Source: a virus (Duplodnaviria > Caudoviricetes). Taken from it: DNA of 46,628 bases. The notes under the pieces are model-generated. The model was not told the origin of the DNA, did no database searches, and worked only from the letters and a program-made list of their open reading frames with translations. Below are positions 1 through 10,007 of this stretch, piece by piece. The stretch is taken from IMG/VR virus record IMGVR_UViG_3300014613_000008, positions 1-46,628 of that record; one strand, 5' to 3'. The stretch's first letter is position 1; each line of letters starts with the position of its first letter. The position numbers and the translations under genes were made by a program.

Positions 1-123
1 ATCCATCGCGGCTTGGTTAGCATAGTTCATCGAATCATCTAGGGGTATCTCGTCTGAGGAAACATAAGACGCGACTACGGTTGGGATGGTCGTTGGCGCA
101 GTAATCCCGATCTGGCGGACGTC
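1..123. repeat. Terminal direct repeat (assembly circularisation overlap), copy 1
   Basis: Bases 1-123 are identical to 46506-46628, and a reading frame runs straight through the junction. Confidence 0.95.
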
Positions 124-537
124 CCCGTTTGGCAAAATGACACGGGCGCCCTTTTCCGTGATTATAAACTGCTTGTCTTGGATCTCATGGACCTTGACCG
201 TGTGATCGATATTGGAGGTGAAGTCGAAGATGTTCGCCCACGCCCCGGCACCGACCTTCCGCTGGATCTCCGACTCGAGGACGGCGAGTTTGCAGAAAGC
301 GGGGGTGGAGTTGTAGTAGGTCGCCAGACCGTAGACGTCCTCTCCAAACGCCGTGTCCTCTTCCTGAAGGCCTGCGCGTTTCTGGATCCGCTTGCCGTTC
401 TTTGACAACCGCCAATTCGTCATCTTGACGGCATCTTCGACAAGAAGAGAATCGGAAGCGGACTCCTCGTCTACCCCCCCGTCCACCGGAATAGGGACGG
501 ACTTTATGTTCTCGAGTCTTTCTACGAGTGCGCCCAT
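1..537 (-). CDS. 5' part of origin-spanning tail nozzle/tubular protein B-like gene (joins 44295..46535; about 915 aa total)
   Basis: Manual translation from ATG 537 (GGAGG RBS upstream): MGALVELRELENIKSVPIPVDGGVDEESASDSLL..., open with no stop to base 31 and in frame with MNYANQAAMD. It follows the adaptor gene. Missed by the ORF track. Confidence 0.85.
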   Translation of the reverse strand, partial: MGALVERLENIKSVPIPVDGGVDEESASDSLLVEDAVKMTNWRLSKNGKRIQKRAGLQEEDTAFGEDVYGLATYYNSTPAFCKLAVLESEIQRKVGAGAWANIFDFTSNIDHTVKVHEIQDKQFIITEKGARVILPNGDVRQIGITAPTTIPTVVASYVSSDEIPLDDSMNYANQAAMD

Positions 538-549
538 AGAAGCCCTCCC

Positions 550-1257
550 TTACGGCCAATCTTTATCGAAGAAAGCACGCTCCCTTGTGTCCCTGGTGGT
601 CCGCTCAACTACGGACTCGCGCACAAAGCGGGGGGCCTGTTGGAATTTGGCCCGTTGGTTCTTCTGGATCATCTGCAACCGATTCTGATATAGGGTCAAG
701 TATGGAGTTGGTTTGGCCCCGACCATGACGGCGACAAGACTCGCGGCCCAGAACACGATCAGCCGGTGCGTCTCACGCGGAAGATAGGCCGGCCCGCCAG
801 TTGCCATGCTCGTCGCCGCCTCCGGCTGGATGCCCCAGACGCGGATGTAGTTCGTGATGTTCGCTGCCGGCGTAGGCATGACCCAGAGGACGCCGTTTAT
901 GATGTCGGCCGCGAACGGCTTGTCGATCGTCTGGCCGTGCGTCTCCACGTACTGCCTGGAGAGCGCATCGATATGGTCCATCTCGGTCGGATTCTCGCCT
1001 GTCACGGTCTTTTCGATCTTCAGGATCCTCCAGAACGTCTTGGTGAGTGTGTAGTCCTTATCGTTAGCGACCATACTCACGTCCTCATAGGTGAGCAGTT
1101 CGTTCGGGTAGGCATCGAGAAGGTCCAGCACGACCTGTTCTACGGCGTCATCGATGAACCCGATGAGGTTTCCCGTGTCATTCAGAAGAGCGCCGACATC
1201 GGTCGACTGTTCGTTGACCAAATTGCGGACGGCCGCAAGAATTTCGGCCCTAGTCAT
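550..1257 (-). CDS. Head-tail adaptor / tail tubular protein A-like
   Basis: 235 aa. N-terminal MTRAEILAAVRNLVNE helix and C-terminal LP..H..I...A pattern typical of podovirus adaptors; lies directly upstream of the nozzle gene; GGAGG RBS. Confidence 0.7.
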   Translation of the reverse strand: MTRAEILAAVRNLVNEQSTDVGALLNDTGNLIGFIDDAVEQVVLDLLDAYPNELLTYEDVSMVANDKDYTLTKTFWRILKIEKTVTGENPTEMDHIDALSRQYVETHGQTIDKPFAADIINGVLWVMPTPAANITNYIRVWGIQPEAATSMATGGPAYLPRETHRLIVFWAASLVAVMVGAKPTPYLTLYQNRLQMIQKNQRAKFQQAPRFVRESVVERTTRDTRERAFFDKDWP

Positions 1258-1266
1258 GGCGGCCTC

Positions 1267-1590
1267 CTATGCTGTGATTTTCGGGACTACTTTGTTGACG
1301 TAAACGTAGCAGGTTCCGCCGTCAATCGTGCCTACGACGAGACCATTGACCTCTTGTCCTTCCGGCCCGTAGTCTATCGTGATCCAATCCACGTCGGCGG
1401 CCCCGGCCTTCAGGACGCAGAAATCCTTGGCGGTCGACCCGTCTGCGGCATACTCTTGCAGGACGAGGTCGTCTGCGGCCACGGCGGGGGCGTAGACGAT
1501 GCGAATGATGAACACCTTGTCCCCCGCGGCTTTGATTACTCCCGTATCGGTGAGTTTCCAAAGATGCGGACCCGTGATATCGTTTGCCAT
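1267..1590 (-). CDS. Small virion structural protein (putative)
   Basis: 107 aa beta-rich ORF with GGAGG RBS in the structural operon. Confidence 0.6.
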   Translation of the reverse strand: MANDITGPHLWKLTDTGVIKAAGDKVFIIRIVYAPAVAADDLVLQEYAADGSTAKDFCVLKAGAADVDWITIDYGPEGQEVNGLVVGTIDGGTCYVYVNKVVPKITA

Positions 1591-1599
1591 ATTATCCTC

Positions 1600-2664
1600 C
1601 TAAAGTTTCAGTTTCAGGTTCATCGGCTTCCCGCCACCAGCGGGTGTGGCCGTATGTTCTTCGCTTCCCCACGTCAGCCCGCCGTCGGCGGGGTTCATGT
1701 TGGCGTATTCGTAGGCTATCCATTCGGCGGAGCGACCAGTTGTGGCAACACGAATTTCATCCAAGAGACCATCGAAGGGCTGCGCCGCCCAATCTTCATA
1801 ATTTCCGATGTAAAGGTCGCCACTAAACGCAGCATTTAGCGTAAGGCTACCTCTGTTATTGCTTTTCGCTTCTGCCCCGTCTATGTATATTTTTTGATGT
1901 GTGCCGTCATATACGCACGAGAACCGATGCCACTCGTTTAACAAGCCCGCGATCGAGACAGAATTGCTTACCCTGACCGTCGTCCATAAATCCCAATACA
2001 GCACGTTGTCATGCAAATAAGCACCATAATTATTTACAAGACCTAAGCCCCGGCTCTTGCCAACCACAATTTTTACAGATGCCGGAGCAGAGTCTATGCG
2101 CGCCCAGAAATCTAGCGTTATTTGTCCGGCAATTTGTAGAGTGGCGTGGTTGGCTACCTTAATTCGGTCATCTGTCCCGTCGAAGTCCTGCCCCTTCCCG
2201 ATCTTTCCCGCCGCTTCTATCGGCTCGTTCGCCGCCTTCTTCGCCCCGTCGTTATTGTTCGCCGTCGAGTCGAGGGTGGTCGAGGTCGTCGCGTCCTTCA
2301 TGTGATAGACGGCCTTGAAATTGGCGTCCCAGACCGCCGTGGCGTTCTGCCCGTCCGCCGCCGCCGCGTTCCCGTAGTAGAGCCAGATATACGTCCCCGC
2401 CACCACAACGGCGGACTTGACCCAGAAAATCGCGTCTGCCAATCCGCCGGCCACAGCCCATGAATCGCGTTCGTAGGCGAGTTCGGTCACGCCGTCGGAG
2501 GCCACAAAGCGGATGTCCGTTCCGTCAGCCTTTGCTTGGCCTCCAATAAAGGCGTCTGCGATGATAGGAATCTTATGCGGGAAGCCAACTAGGTCTGCGG
2601 TAGGAATCGGCAGATATATCTGGCGTCTTGAAGACCAAGCGGCGAATGTTCCAAAGTCCGGCAT
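1600..2664 (-). CDS. DUF2341 + LamG/concanavalin-like lectin virion protein
   Basis: Start at ATG 2664 after GGGAGGG. DUF2341 motifs DGTDIRF, FWVK, IWLYYGN; LamG motifs GKIGKGQDFDGTDD, WHRFSCVYDG, IYIDG, FDGLLDEIRV. Confidence 0.85.
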   Translation of the reverse strand: MPDFGTFAAWSSRRQIYLPIPTADLVGFPHKIPIIADAFIGGQAKADGTDIRFVASDGVTELAYERDSWAVAGGLADAIFWVKSAVVVAGTYIWLYYGNAAAADGQNATAVWDANFKAVYHMKDATTSTTLDSTANNNDGAKKAANEPIEAAGKIGKGQDFDGTDDRIKVANHATLQIAGQITLDFWARIDSAPASVKIVVGKSRGLGLVNNYGAYLHDNVLYWDLWTTVRVSNSVSIAGLLNEWHRFSCVYDGTHQKIYIDGAEAKSNNRGSLTLNAAFSGDLYIGNYEDWAAQPFDGLLDEIRVATTGRSAEWIAYEYANMNPADGGLTWGSEEHTATPAGGGKPMNLKLKL

Positions 2665-2678
2665 GATGCCCTCCCGGG

Positions 2679-2996
2679 TCACATGACTTTTACGTTCAGC
2701 CTGTAATTGTGGAAAACGACCTTGCCCCTGATATAGACCGCCGCAGAACAGAGGCCAACTGCGCCATACCACGCCCCGATAGAAACCAGGACGTGCGAAG
2801 ACAGGACCGTCAACGAAGACACGGCCACCGTAATGATAGCCGCCCGCCAGTCCTTCGACATGAACCAGACCATGAGTTTGTTCCCCTCGATGATCTTCCC
2901 GCCCGACCGCTTAATGGCGTCCCTTGTGAGAAGGGTGTCGGCGCATACCAGCGCAACGACGAATCCCGCCAGAGCCATCGTTAAGTGTTCGATCAT
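2679..2996 (-). CDS. Small membrane protein, DUF5658-like
   Basis: Hydrophobic helices and a D..LT...I...G..EGN..M motif; ATG overlaps the upstream stop. Confidence 0.6.
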   Translation of the reverse strand: MIEHLTMALAGFVVALVCADTLLTRDAIKRSGGKIIEGNKLMVWFMSKDWRAAIITVAVSSLTVLSSHVLVSIGAWYGAVGLCSAAVYIRGKVVFHNYRLNVKVM

Positions 2997-3442
2997 TTCT
3001 GCGTCTCGCTTCCGCCGTAAGACCACGACTTCTTCCGTTCAAGCCGATGCTTCTCCATCAGCCCCTCAGAGATCATGTCCACGGCGACCTCAATCTTCTT
3101 CTTTTTTGCGTCCCGTTTCAACTTCTGGTAGTAGGCCAATTCGTTGGCGGGATTGTCGAAGATCCCCAACTCGATCCCCTTAAATTTCATCTGACGCAGT
3201 ACCTCGAGCCATTTTTCTCCAAAATCGGAGATCCAGAGCAGGGGCATAGGCCCGCGAACGCGAAGGGTCTTGACATCCTTGCCGATGATCGGCAACGATC
3301 GGCCACCGTCTGACTTCAGCGTCAAGTCGATGTCCTTGATGATGAAGTAGCCGTCGTGGTCCTCGGTGTCCTCGACCCGATAGGTCGGATCGATGACCTT
3401 GAGGGCCTTGGTGAACCCCTTCGGGACGTGCGGAGAAATCAT
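2993..3442 (-). CDS. Hypothetical protein (149 aa)
   Basis: Start MISPHVPKGF coupled to the upstream stop (TAATG). Confidence 0.65.
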   Translation of the reverse strand: MISPHVPKGFTKALKVIDPTYRVEDTEDHDGYFIIKDIDLTLKSDGGRSLPIIGKDVKTLRVRGPMPLLWISDFGEKWLEVLRQMKFKGIELGIFDNPANELAYYQKLKRDAKKKKIEVAVDMISEGLMEKHRLERKKSWSYGGSETQK

Positions 3443-3843
3443 TACATCCCCTTGATCTTCGTGGCGACCTCTGCGGTGTCCATCGTGAACCCGCGTTCTC
3501 CCGGGATGGCGGAACGATTGATCCTCTCGACCTGATCCTTGAGGAATTGCGCCTCGACTTGGCTGAAGGTGATCTTGATGATCTTGGCCTTTTTCTCGTC
3601 CCAGGCCCATCGAGCGGTCTGATTCGGTCCCTGGACGACGCGGAGATTGAGTTCCTTCCGTTCTGCCACGCCAATCTCGATCTTGGCCGCGATGTCCTTT
3701 GAGATCCATTGGTCGGTCAGGTTCGCTTTCTCCGGGAAGAAGTCTGCGAAGAGGATCCTGTCCTTCACCGTCAGTTCGATAGTTTTGCCCGCCTCCGGCT
3801 GGATCGTTTCCTTGGCCGTAAGGTTCACTTTGGACTTTGCCAC
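3442..3843 (-). CDS. Hypothetical protein (133 aa)
   Basis: AAGGAGG RBS, GTG start, coupled to the next gene. Confidence 0.7.
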   Translation of the reverse strand: MAKSKVNLTAKETIQPEAGKTIELTVKDRILFADFFPEKANLTDQWISKDIAAKIEIGVAERKELNLRVVQGPNQTARWAWDEKKAKIIKITFSQVEAQFLKDQVERINRSAIPGERGFTMDTAEVATKIKGM

Positions 3844-3856
3844 TTGTGGCCTCCTT

Positions 3857-3892
3857 AAAAAATTTAAAATAGGGGGATCCGTAGATCCCCCC
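3857..3892 (-). terminator. Intrinsic terminator
   Basis: GGGGGATC-TACG-GATCCCCC hairpin followed by a T-rich tract on the - strand. Confidence 0.75.
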
Positions 3893-3902
3893 GTGACCTT
3901 AC

Positions 3903-4670
3903 TTAACTCGGCACGGTATCGTAGCAGGGAATATAGAGAGTCTGTGCCGTGGCGACATCATAGACCTTGATGTAGCCATCGACGTTTCCCTGAACGCTCT
4001 TGTTGACAAGAGCCGTGAAACCTTCCTTCCCGGCAGCCGTCTGGAACGAGAAGGCATGTGTCCAGCCCGTGCCGGACCCGGTCGTTTCGAAGTGGAGACA
4101 GGTCGGCCTGATCCCCGTGGCGACCGGCTGGTTCGATTTGAACTTGACGAGGGCCGCTCCTGTGCAGGTGGAGACGCTAATCGACCCTTGCGAGTTGTCT
4201 TCGAAGACAGCGACATGAGCGTTCCCGCTACACACGCCGTTGATTCGAAGGGCCGCAAGGAGCGAGACGGCCACGGCAACTGTGGGACTGCCCCCGGAAC
4301 CGCGCTCGTCGAGCGAACACTCGATTCCGTACATGTTGGCGATTGTCCCTCCGCTATACTGCCGCGTATAGACCCGCAGACCCTTGATGCCTCCATAGGA
4401 AGAGGTGTTCAAGGCTCGGTTGTAGGCGCTGATCCGACAGGCCATGTCCTCGGCCCCACCCCAGAGCGCTGCCGTGAAGGGGTAGCCGTCTCTCCTGTCG
4501 ATCTCGACGTCTAGGACGCCCTGGACGATCTCTACCCCACTTCCGGGGTAAAGGGTCATCTTCATGATCTGATCGGAGTCTTTGGCGACACAACCCTCTC
4601 TTAGGAAGTAGGGGTATTGGGTGATGCGGACGTATCCGCCCTGGTCTCTGTTACCCTTGAGTAAAGGCAT
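3903..4670 (-). CDS. Putative virion structural protein (beta-rich, fibre/decoration-like)
   Basis: 255 aa, G/S/T/V-rich, GGAGG RBS, downstream of the capsid genes. Confidence 0.6.
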   Translation of the reverse strand: MPLLKGNRDQGGYVRITQYPYFLREGCVAKDSDQIMKMTLYPGSGVEIVQGVLDVEIDRRDGYPFTAALWGGAEDMACRISAYNRALNTSSYGGIKGLRVYTRQYSGGTIANMYGIECSLDERGSGGSPTVAVAVSLLAALRINGVCSGNAHVAVFEDNSQGSISVSTCTGAALVKFKSNQPVATGIRPTCLHFETTGSGTGWTHAFSFQTAAGKEGFTALVNKSVQGNVDGYIKVYDVATAQTLYIPCYDTVPS

Positions 4671-4697
4671 TTTTCGCGCCTCCTAAGCGCTTCGAGA

Positions 4698-4738
4698 GAA
4701 AAAGGGACCGGCCGGCGTTAGGAGAACCGACCGGTCCC
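4698..4738 (-). terminator. Intrinsic terminator after the capsid/decoration genes
   Basis: GGGACCGGTCGG...CCGGCCGGTCCC-TTTTT on the - strand. Confidence 0.75.
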
Positions 4739-4764
4739 GGTTGTCCATTCTATTCGCCCTTGGA

Positions 4765-5124
4765 CTAGGCGACGACCGCGTTGGCCCCAACACCCGTGGC
4801 GAGGGCGCCGAAGGTGTGCCATTCACCGGCATGGAAGATTCCCATCCAAGCGTCCCCGGCCGCGTTGAACGTGATCGTCGTGCCGTTGGCGAGGGCCGTG
4901 GGCGTGACGACTGTGTCGGCGGCGTAGGTCTTGTTGATGAGGATCTTGATTTGACCTTCGCGCCCGTTGGCCAGCCCCCGCGTTTCCGCAGCGCCGGCCT
5001 GGGTGATGAAGGTCACGGGTTTGTCGGCCGTGATGACTTCTGCGTCGACCGACGAAACGTCGGAATCGAGACAGAAGATTTCTGCGAAGAGTTCGGGGAA
5101 GATTGACCCTGCTGCATGAATCAT
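4765..5124 (-). CDS. Putative capsid decoration protein
   Basis: 119 aa, A/T/G-rich, directly after the major capsid gene and before a terminator. Confidence 0.6.
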   Translation of the reverse strand: MIHAAGSIFPELFAEIFCLDSDVSSVDAEVITADKPVTFITQAGAAETRGLANGREGQIKILINKTYAADTVVTPTALANGTTITFNAAGDAWMGIFHAGEWHTFGALATGVGANAVVA

Positions 5125-5134
5125 GATCTTCTCC

Positions 5135-6451
5135 TTAGGTACTCGAGTGCTTGACGTACCGCAGAACGCCGATGTTCCGCGGATTTCTGGCCGTCATGTT
5201 GTAATACCAGCGAAGATTCGCTGCGTACTCGTCCTTACCCTGGACGCGGGTCATGATGGCGCCGGTTTCGCCGGGTAGCCAATCGAGTCCCGCTTTGTCC
5301 GGAGCGACGATCTGGATGGCGTCACGACCCCAGAAGTACATCCGACCATCCGGACAATCCTCGTCGTAGACGATCGGGACGGACTTGGACTTCCCGCCGT
5401 AGAACTTGATCCCCGTGAGGCCTCCCCAATACCCGGGGTCGTTGGGCATGGTCTTGTCGGCCTTCAGGATCTCGAAGATCGCCCGCCAGATGGAGTCGTT
5501 CGTCATGATGACGTCGACCATCCCATAGCGTTCGACCTTCTGGATGACCTTGAGGATCTGCTTGTCGGTGACGACCGCGGGGGATCCGATGGCCGACCCC
5601 ATGTTGAACATCTGAGCCTGTGCCCAGGTGTTGGTGGATCGGGTGATGCCTTGGAAGGCGGTCGCAGCCGTGATCCCAATGTAGGGAGCGGCACTCTCGC
5701 AGATTCCATAGAGGCCCATCGGAACGCCCACGCCGGCCGCTTCGGACGAAGCGTACGTGTCGTGATCGAAGATGAGAGAGTTGTCGGAACAGGTGACGGC
5801 CGATGCCATGGTGAGCGTGTCGGTCCCTGCCCCGCCCAGCGCGATGCTGGAGATCTCGACGTCGGACGCTTCGAGAACGCCGGCGCTCGAGTAGATGTCG
5901 ACGGACATGCCATCGAAGAGGTACTGCGATGGGTTCGTGTACTCGTTAGAGTCGATCCCGAAGCGGCCCCAATTCGTGGTGTCCCCGTCGACGTAGACGG
6001 TGGTTGATGCGGCGGCTGCCGCACTAGTGATGGCGAGGCGCCCCGACCCATCCCCCCAGAACTGCTTGTTGAGTTTCGAGGGGATATAGAGCATGAGCGC
6101 GTCGATCTCCGCCCTGACGAGTTCCTTGACGGCCCCGGCGCCCTTACCGCACGCCATGGCCAGACCATCGAACTGCAACGTGCCGTACCCACCACGTTTC
6201 ATGTAGTAGGTGAACTCGTTGTAGTATCCCTGGTCGGCCGTGGGGAAGGTGGACGTCGAAGAAGCGCGGAAGGACTTGGGGGTCGCGGTCAGAACTTTCG
6301 TAATGCCGTATTTTCCCTTACAGTCCTCCACGTTCGTCTTGAACCGGTCGTAGACGGAGGTGTTTTCGTAGATGGCGACTTCCAACCCCGGCTTGATGTA
6401 CTCGAGGAAGAGTTTGTTTAAGCCGGTGGTGGAGAGTTGTGCGACTGACAT
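5135..6451 (-). CDS. Major capsid protein
   Basis: 438 aa following the scaffold; HK97-type C-terminal pattern (VPIVYDEDCPDG...W...Y...N...RNP); GGAGG RBS. Confidence 0.85.
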   Translation of the reverse strand: MSVAQLSTTGLNKLFLEYIKPGLEVAIYENTSVYDRFKTNVEDCKGKYGITKVLTATPKSFRASSTSTFPTADQGYYNEFTYYMKRGGYGTLQFDGLAMACGKGAGAVKELVRAEIDALMLYIPSKLNKQFWGDGSGRLAITSAAAAASTTVYVDGDTTNWGRFGIDSNEYTNPSQYLFDGMSVDIYSSAGVLEASDVEISSIALGGAGTDTLTMASAVTCSDNSLIFDHDTYASSEAAGVGVPMGLYGICESAAPYIGITAATAFQGITRSTNTWAQAQMFNMGSAIGSPAVVTDKQILKVIQKVERYGMVDVIMTNDSIWRAIFEILKADKTMPNDPGYWGGLTGIKFYGGKSKSVPIVYDEDCPDGRMYFWGRDAIQIVAPDKAGLDWLPGETGAIMTRVQGKDEYAANLRWYYNMTARNPRNIGVLRYVKHSST

Positions 6452-6465
6452 TGATTACCCTCCGG

Positions 6466-7617
6466 TTAAAAACCTAGTGCTTTTATGACGTCGGGATCCT
6501 CGAATCCCGCGTCCAACTGCTCGGACATCGATTTTGCTTCCCCTGGCCGTGCCGCCTTCGGCTTGGTTGTCGCCACCGTCGTTCGGGCCGAAGGAAGAGC
6601 GGGCGGGATCTTGTCCTTGTGCGGTTCGGTTTTCACCTCTCCGTACTTGGCCTTGATCTTCTCCGCGAGTATCGGATTCTTCGCCAGGATCGTCTCGAGA
6701 TCCATCTCTTCCGTTATGGCCGAAGGAGCCAATGTCTCCTTGACCTTTTTCTGGGCGAGATGAACTTCTTGGACGGCTTCCTTGATCCAACGCTCCGCGG
6801 ATTCCGGGTTCGGCTTTTCGCCGGCCCGTTCCGCCGCTTGCCTCTTGGCCGTGACGATGGAGGCCAACTGCTGTTGGGTTAGGTTTTGGCCTTGGTCATC
6901 GATGATTTCTTCGTAGGGATGCGTCTCCCGTTCCTTCGTGATGATCGTGTTGACGCGGGTGTTGGCCCGCTCTCTTGCGATGTCCTGGGTGAACTCTTTG
7001 ATCTCGCCCAACTCTTTCCGCTGACGCGCGATCTCCTTCACGGCTTTAATCTCGAAGGGTTGGGCGTACTTGGGATCGATCTCGAACTCCTTGTACACCG
7101 CTTCCTCGTCGTCCGTGCCGGTCGTTCCCCCAGCCTCCTTGATGGCCTCGGCGGTCTTCGCCAGCATTTCCTTCGGTAGAGCCTTTGCCTTGATCAACTC
7201 ATCGAGCCGATCATTGAACTTCTTGGCCTCGTCTGCAAGGCGCTTGGACTCTTCCTTCAGTTCGCTTTCCCCCACGCGACGGTCATCCGCCAACTGCTGG
7301 GTCTTTTTCGTGTAGTCCGCGCCTTTGCTGGCCATGGCATCGTACTCTTCCTCGGTCATAACCGGGTAGTCCTTGCCTTGGACCTTCAGGATCTTGAAGG
7401 GTTTCTTCTCCAGGGTCGACTTATCCTCGAGCGGTTCCTTTTTCTCGGCTGGCTTATCGGCCGTCGCCTTAGCCTTGGCCGCGGACTCTCCCCCCCCGCC
7501 TTCGGTGAGGTCGAGTTCATCGAACGCCTTGCCCCACCGCTCATCGGACAGGCGCTTCTCGTCTCTAGACTCCTTCCCCGGGTCATCCGGCTTGGGTTGG
7601 TCTTTTGGGTCTTGCAT
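6466..7617 (-). CDS. Capsid scaffolding protein
   Basis: Charged coiled-coil protein with KVQGK...GADYTKKTQQLA scaffold motif, between portal and capsid. Confidence 0.8.
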   Translation of the reverse strand: MQDPKDQPKPDDPGKESRDEKRLSDERWGKAFDELDLTEGGGGESAAKAKATADKPAEKKEPLEDKSTLEKKPFKILKVQGKDYPVMTEEEYDAMASKGADYTKKTQQLADDRRVGESELKEESKRLADEAKKFNDRLDELIKAKALPKEMLAKTAEAIKEAGGTTGTDDEEAVYKEFEIDPKYAQPFEIKAVKEIARQRKELGEIKEFTQDIARERANTRVNTIITKERETHPYEEIIDDQGQNLTQQQLASIVTAKRQAAERAGEKPNPESAERWIKEAVQEVHLAQKKVKETLAPSAITEEMDLETILAKNPILAEKIKAKYGEVKTEPHKDKIPPALPSARTTVATTKPKAARPGEAKSMSEQLDAGFEDPDVIKALGF

Positions 7618-7638
7618 AGTGTTTAGATCCTCCTGTTT

Positions 7639-8022
7639 CTAAATTATGGGTTTCGTTTCCTGTTTTTCGTATCTCTTGATCCAATTGCAATTGGCACAAA
7701 GGACCTGATATTTCTTCGGGTTTTTTCTAATATCAGCATAGAATTTGACTATGTTTCTATATAACTCTCGGTGGTGTTTGACGCCACCTCCGTTAACGTG
7801 GTCTATCTGGAGAGCCCGCCAGTCGCTGAATCCGCAATGACATTTACCTCCCAGGAAATCTAGGATCTCGATCCGCCTTCTGTGCGCGACCGTTCTTTCC
7901 TCTGCCCGAATCCTCGACCCGTTTTCCATGTTCCATTTTCTCTGATATGCGCGCGCGTATTCGATATTATTGGCCCTCCATCTTTTTTTCTGTAAGCGCA
8001 TATATTCTTTCGTCTTTTTCAT
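7639..8022 (-). CDS. HNH homing endonuclease
   Basis: CHCG...LQIDHVNGGG...YQVLCANCNWIK; visibly AT-richer than its neighbours. Confidence 0.85.
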   Translation of the reverse strand: MKKTKEYMRLQKKRWRANNIEYARAYQRKWNMENGSRIRAEERTVAHRRRIEILDFLGGKCHCGFSDWRALQIDHVNGGGVKHHRELYRNIVKFYADIRKNPKKYQVLCANCNWIKRYEKQETKPII

Positions 8023-8025
8023 GGC

Positions 8026-9999
8026 TTAAAGTGGCAAGGCATCTTCCATGACCTGCGTACTATCGCCAACGGCCGGCTCCATGGCCGGCTGTGCTGGTTT
8101 CGGCTGCGTCCCGCCGCCCGTGGCCCCGCCAAGGATCGTCTGGACGGCATCGGGCTGTGCCGCCTCCTTGCCCTGCTGAAGGATGTAGGCCATGATCGCC
8201 ATGTGCTTGAAGATGTGCTGATTGTACCCATCCCACGTTTCGTCGTCCCACCTCTGGGCCTCTTCCGTCTTGCCCGTATTCGAGTGCGAGTTGAGGTGAA
8301 CCTCATGATCGTCGTGGAAGAGGACTTGGACCCCGCCTTTCTCGAACGGCTTGTTCCACGTCCCATTGAGGAACGCCTGATCTTCCCGGGACGCCCTTTC
8401 CTTGTCCGCGTAGGATGCGCGGATCTCCTGAGAGATGTCGCCCTCCCAGATGAGTTTCATAATGGTGTCCCATTCGATCGGAGCGCCAGCCGCTTTGAGA
8501 TCCAGCATCATCCGTTGCTGAATGGTCTTTGACTGATGGATGTTCACTCCGATGATGAGTTTCACGTCAAAGTTTCCGTGGAGATCGGACCCCTTGAAAT
8601 AATCGACCAGGGTCCGCTCATTCTTGCCGACGATCTTCACCAACCGCTCCTTCTCGTAGTATTCGTCCATCATCTCAAGCCGGAACTTGGCCTCTAACTT
8701 TAGCGCGTGATTGATCGCTTTGATCATCGGGTCGATCTTGAGATTTTCCTGTTCGAGCATCATGGAGTAGAGAGAAGCCGGCGCCCTCTGCGCATATTGC
8801 GGCAACTGCGAGTACGAAACCTCATGGACGTTGGAGACGAGATCCTTCGCGGCCAGGAGAAAGTCGCGGTGATTAAGGACTTGGGCCGAGAGTTCCGGCA
8901 TCTGGAGCGGCTTCGGTTCGCCTTTCGTAAGGTCGACTTCCAGCAACTCGAAGGAGTCGGTCGTAAAGGCGCCTTCCTTCAGGATTGATCCCTGGGGAAC
9001 GATCATCTTCGCCCGCCACCCCTCGACGTGTTCGGAGATGATCGAGATCATGCGGTTGAAATCCCGCTGGATGTCTTGGACGTGATAAAGCGGGCCGGTA
9101 TACCAGAACGAATCCCCGTACCGCTTGTAGCCGTACTTGAAGAACGGGATCCTGCCCAGGGCGGGGTTTTCCTTGGCCCAGAGGACCAGGCCAGGGATCG
9201 AAAGAATCAGCCGGCCGTTCAGGAACTTGCTGCTCTTCTTCTCCCAATACCAAGCGACGATATACGTCAGTTCTTCCTTGTCGACTTCCTTTTCCTTGAC
9301 GTACATCCCCCTGTGTTTTTCTGCGGGAGAAGGGTCGCCAGCGGCTTCAAGGGCCTCTTGCGTAACTTCCGGAAAATTTTCAAGGATGGCATCTTGAGTG
9401 ACCTCTTGATACTCGATAAACCAGCGGCATTGTTCGATCGTCGTGGCCGTAGGATCAGGCCGGATATTAAAGATCGACGGAACGCATCCGATCAGTTCGC
9501 CCCCGTCTTTCTTGTTCTCCTTTTCGCCCTTGATCCATCCGAACTGACTCTTGTCCCACGTCCATCTCCGGACGGCGTTCCCGGTTCGGATGAGCCAATA
9601 CTTGATCTCCTCGTTGAGATATTCGACGTCGTTGGTGTAGTCGCTGTGAGCCAGGAGCCTCGTAGCAACCTTGGCCCCCTCGATATCGTTAAGTTCGCTC
9701 GAGTTCGGGACGCCCTGAAAAGTCGAGATGAAGTTGATCTTCCCCTCGATCGCTTCGGCCAGGGGCTTCATGAGGTTGATGACGACCCTTTTCTTCCTCC
9801 GGTTGAGTTTGACGGCCACCATCTTGTTGGCGATGTCGTCCCACTCGGAGAACTGATCTCCATTTTCCCACTCGATGAGTTCTTTCCACCGGGGGTGATG
9901 GATCTTGACGACTGGATGGCTGAGATACTGCCTCTGAATAAACTCTAGATGCTTGGTGTCGTCCGTCTCCGAAAGGATTGAGCGATCTATGTCTGACAT
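8026..9999 (-). CDS. Portal protein (P22/podovirus-like)
   Basis: 657 aa after terminase; G.QF/VINL N-terminal pattern, RIPFF, QRDFN and a Q/P-rich tail. Confidence 0.85.
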   Translation of the reverse strand: MSDIDRSILSETDDTKHLEFIQRQYLSHPVVKIHHPRWKELIEWENGDQFSEWDDIANKMVAVKLNRRKKRVVINLMKPLAEAIEGKINFISTFQGVPNSSELNDIEGAKVATRLLAHSDYTNDVEYLNEEIKYWLIRTGNAVRRWTWDKSQFGWIKGEKENKKDGGELIGCVPSIFNIRPDPTATTIEQCRWFIEYQEVTQDAILENFPEVTQEALEAAGDPSPAEKHRGMYVKEKEVDKEELTYIVAWYWEKKSSKFLNGRLILSIPGLVLWAKENPALGRIPFFKYGYKRYGDSFWYTGPLYHVQDIQRDFNRMISIISEHVEGWRAKMIVPQGSILKEGAFTTDSFELLEVDLTKGEPKPLQMPELSAQVLNHRDFLLAAKDLVSNVHEVSYSQLPQYAQRAPASLYSMMLEQENLKIDPMIKAINHALKLEAKFRLEMMDEYYEKERLVKIVGKNERTLVDYFKGSDLHGNFDVKLIIGVNIHQSKTIQQRMMLDLKAAGAPIEWDTIMKLIWEGDISQEIRASYADKERASREDQAFLNGTWNKPFEKGGVQVLFHDDHEVHLNSHSNTGKTEEAQRWDDETWDGYNQHIFKHMAIMAYILQQGKEAAQPDAVQTILGGATGGGTQPKPAQPAMEPAVGDSTQVMEDALPL

Positions 10000-10007
10000 C
10001 TTGGTTC

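Noticed and set aside
1600-2664. Diversity-generating retroelement target
   Set aside because: No reverse transcriptase and no adenine-variant TR/VR repeat pair found.
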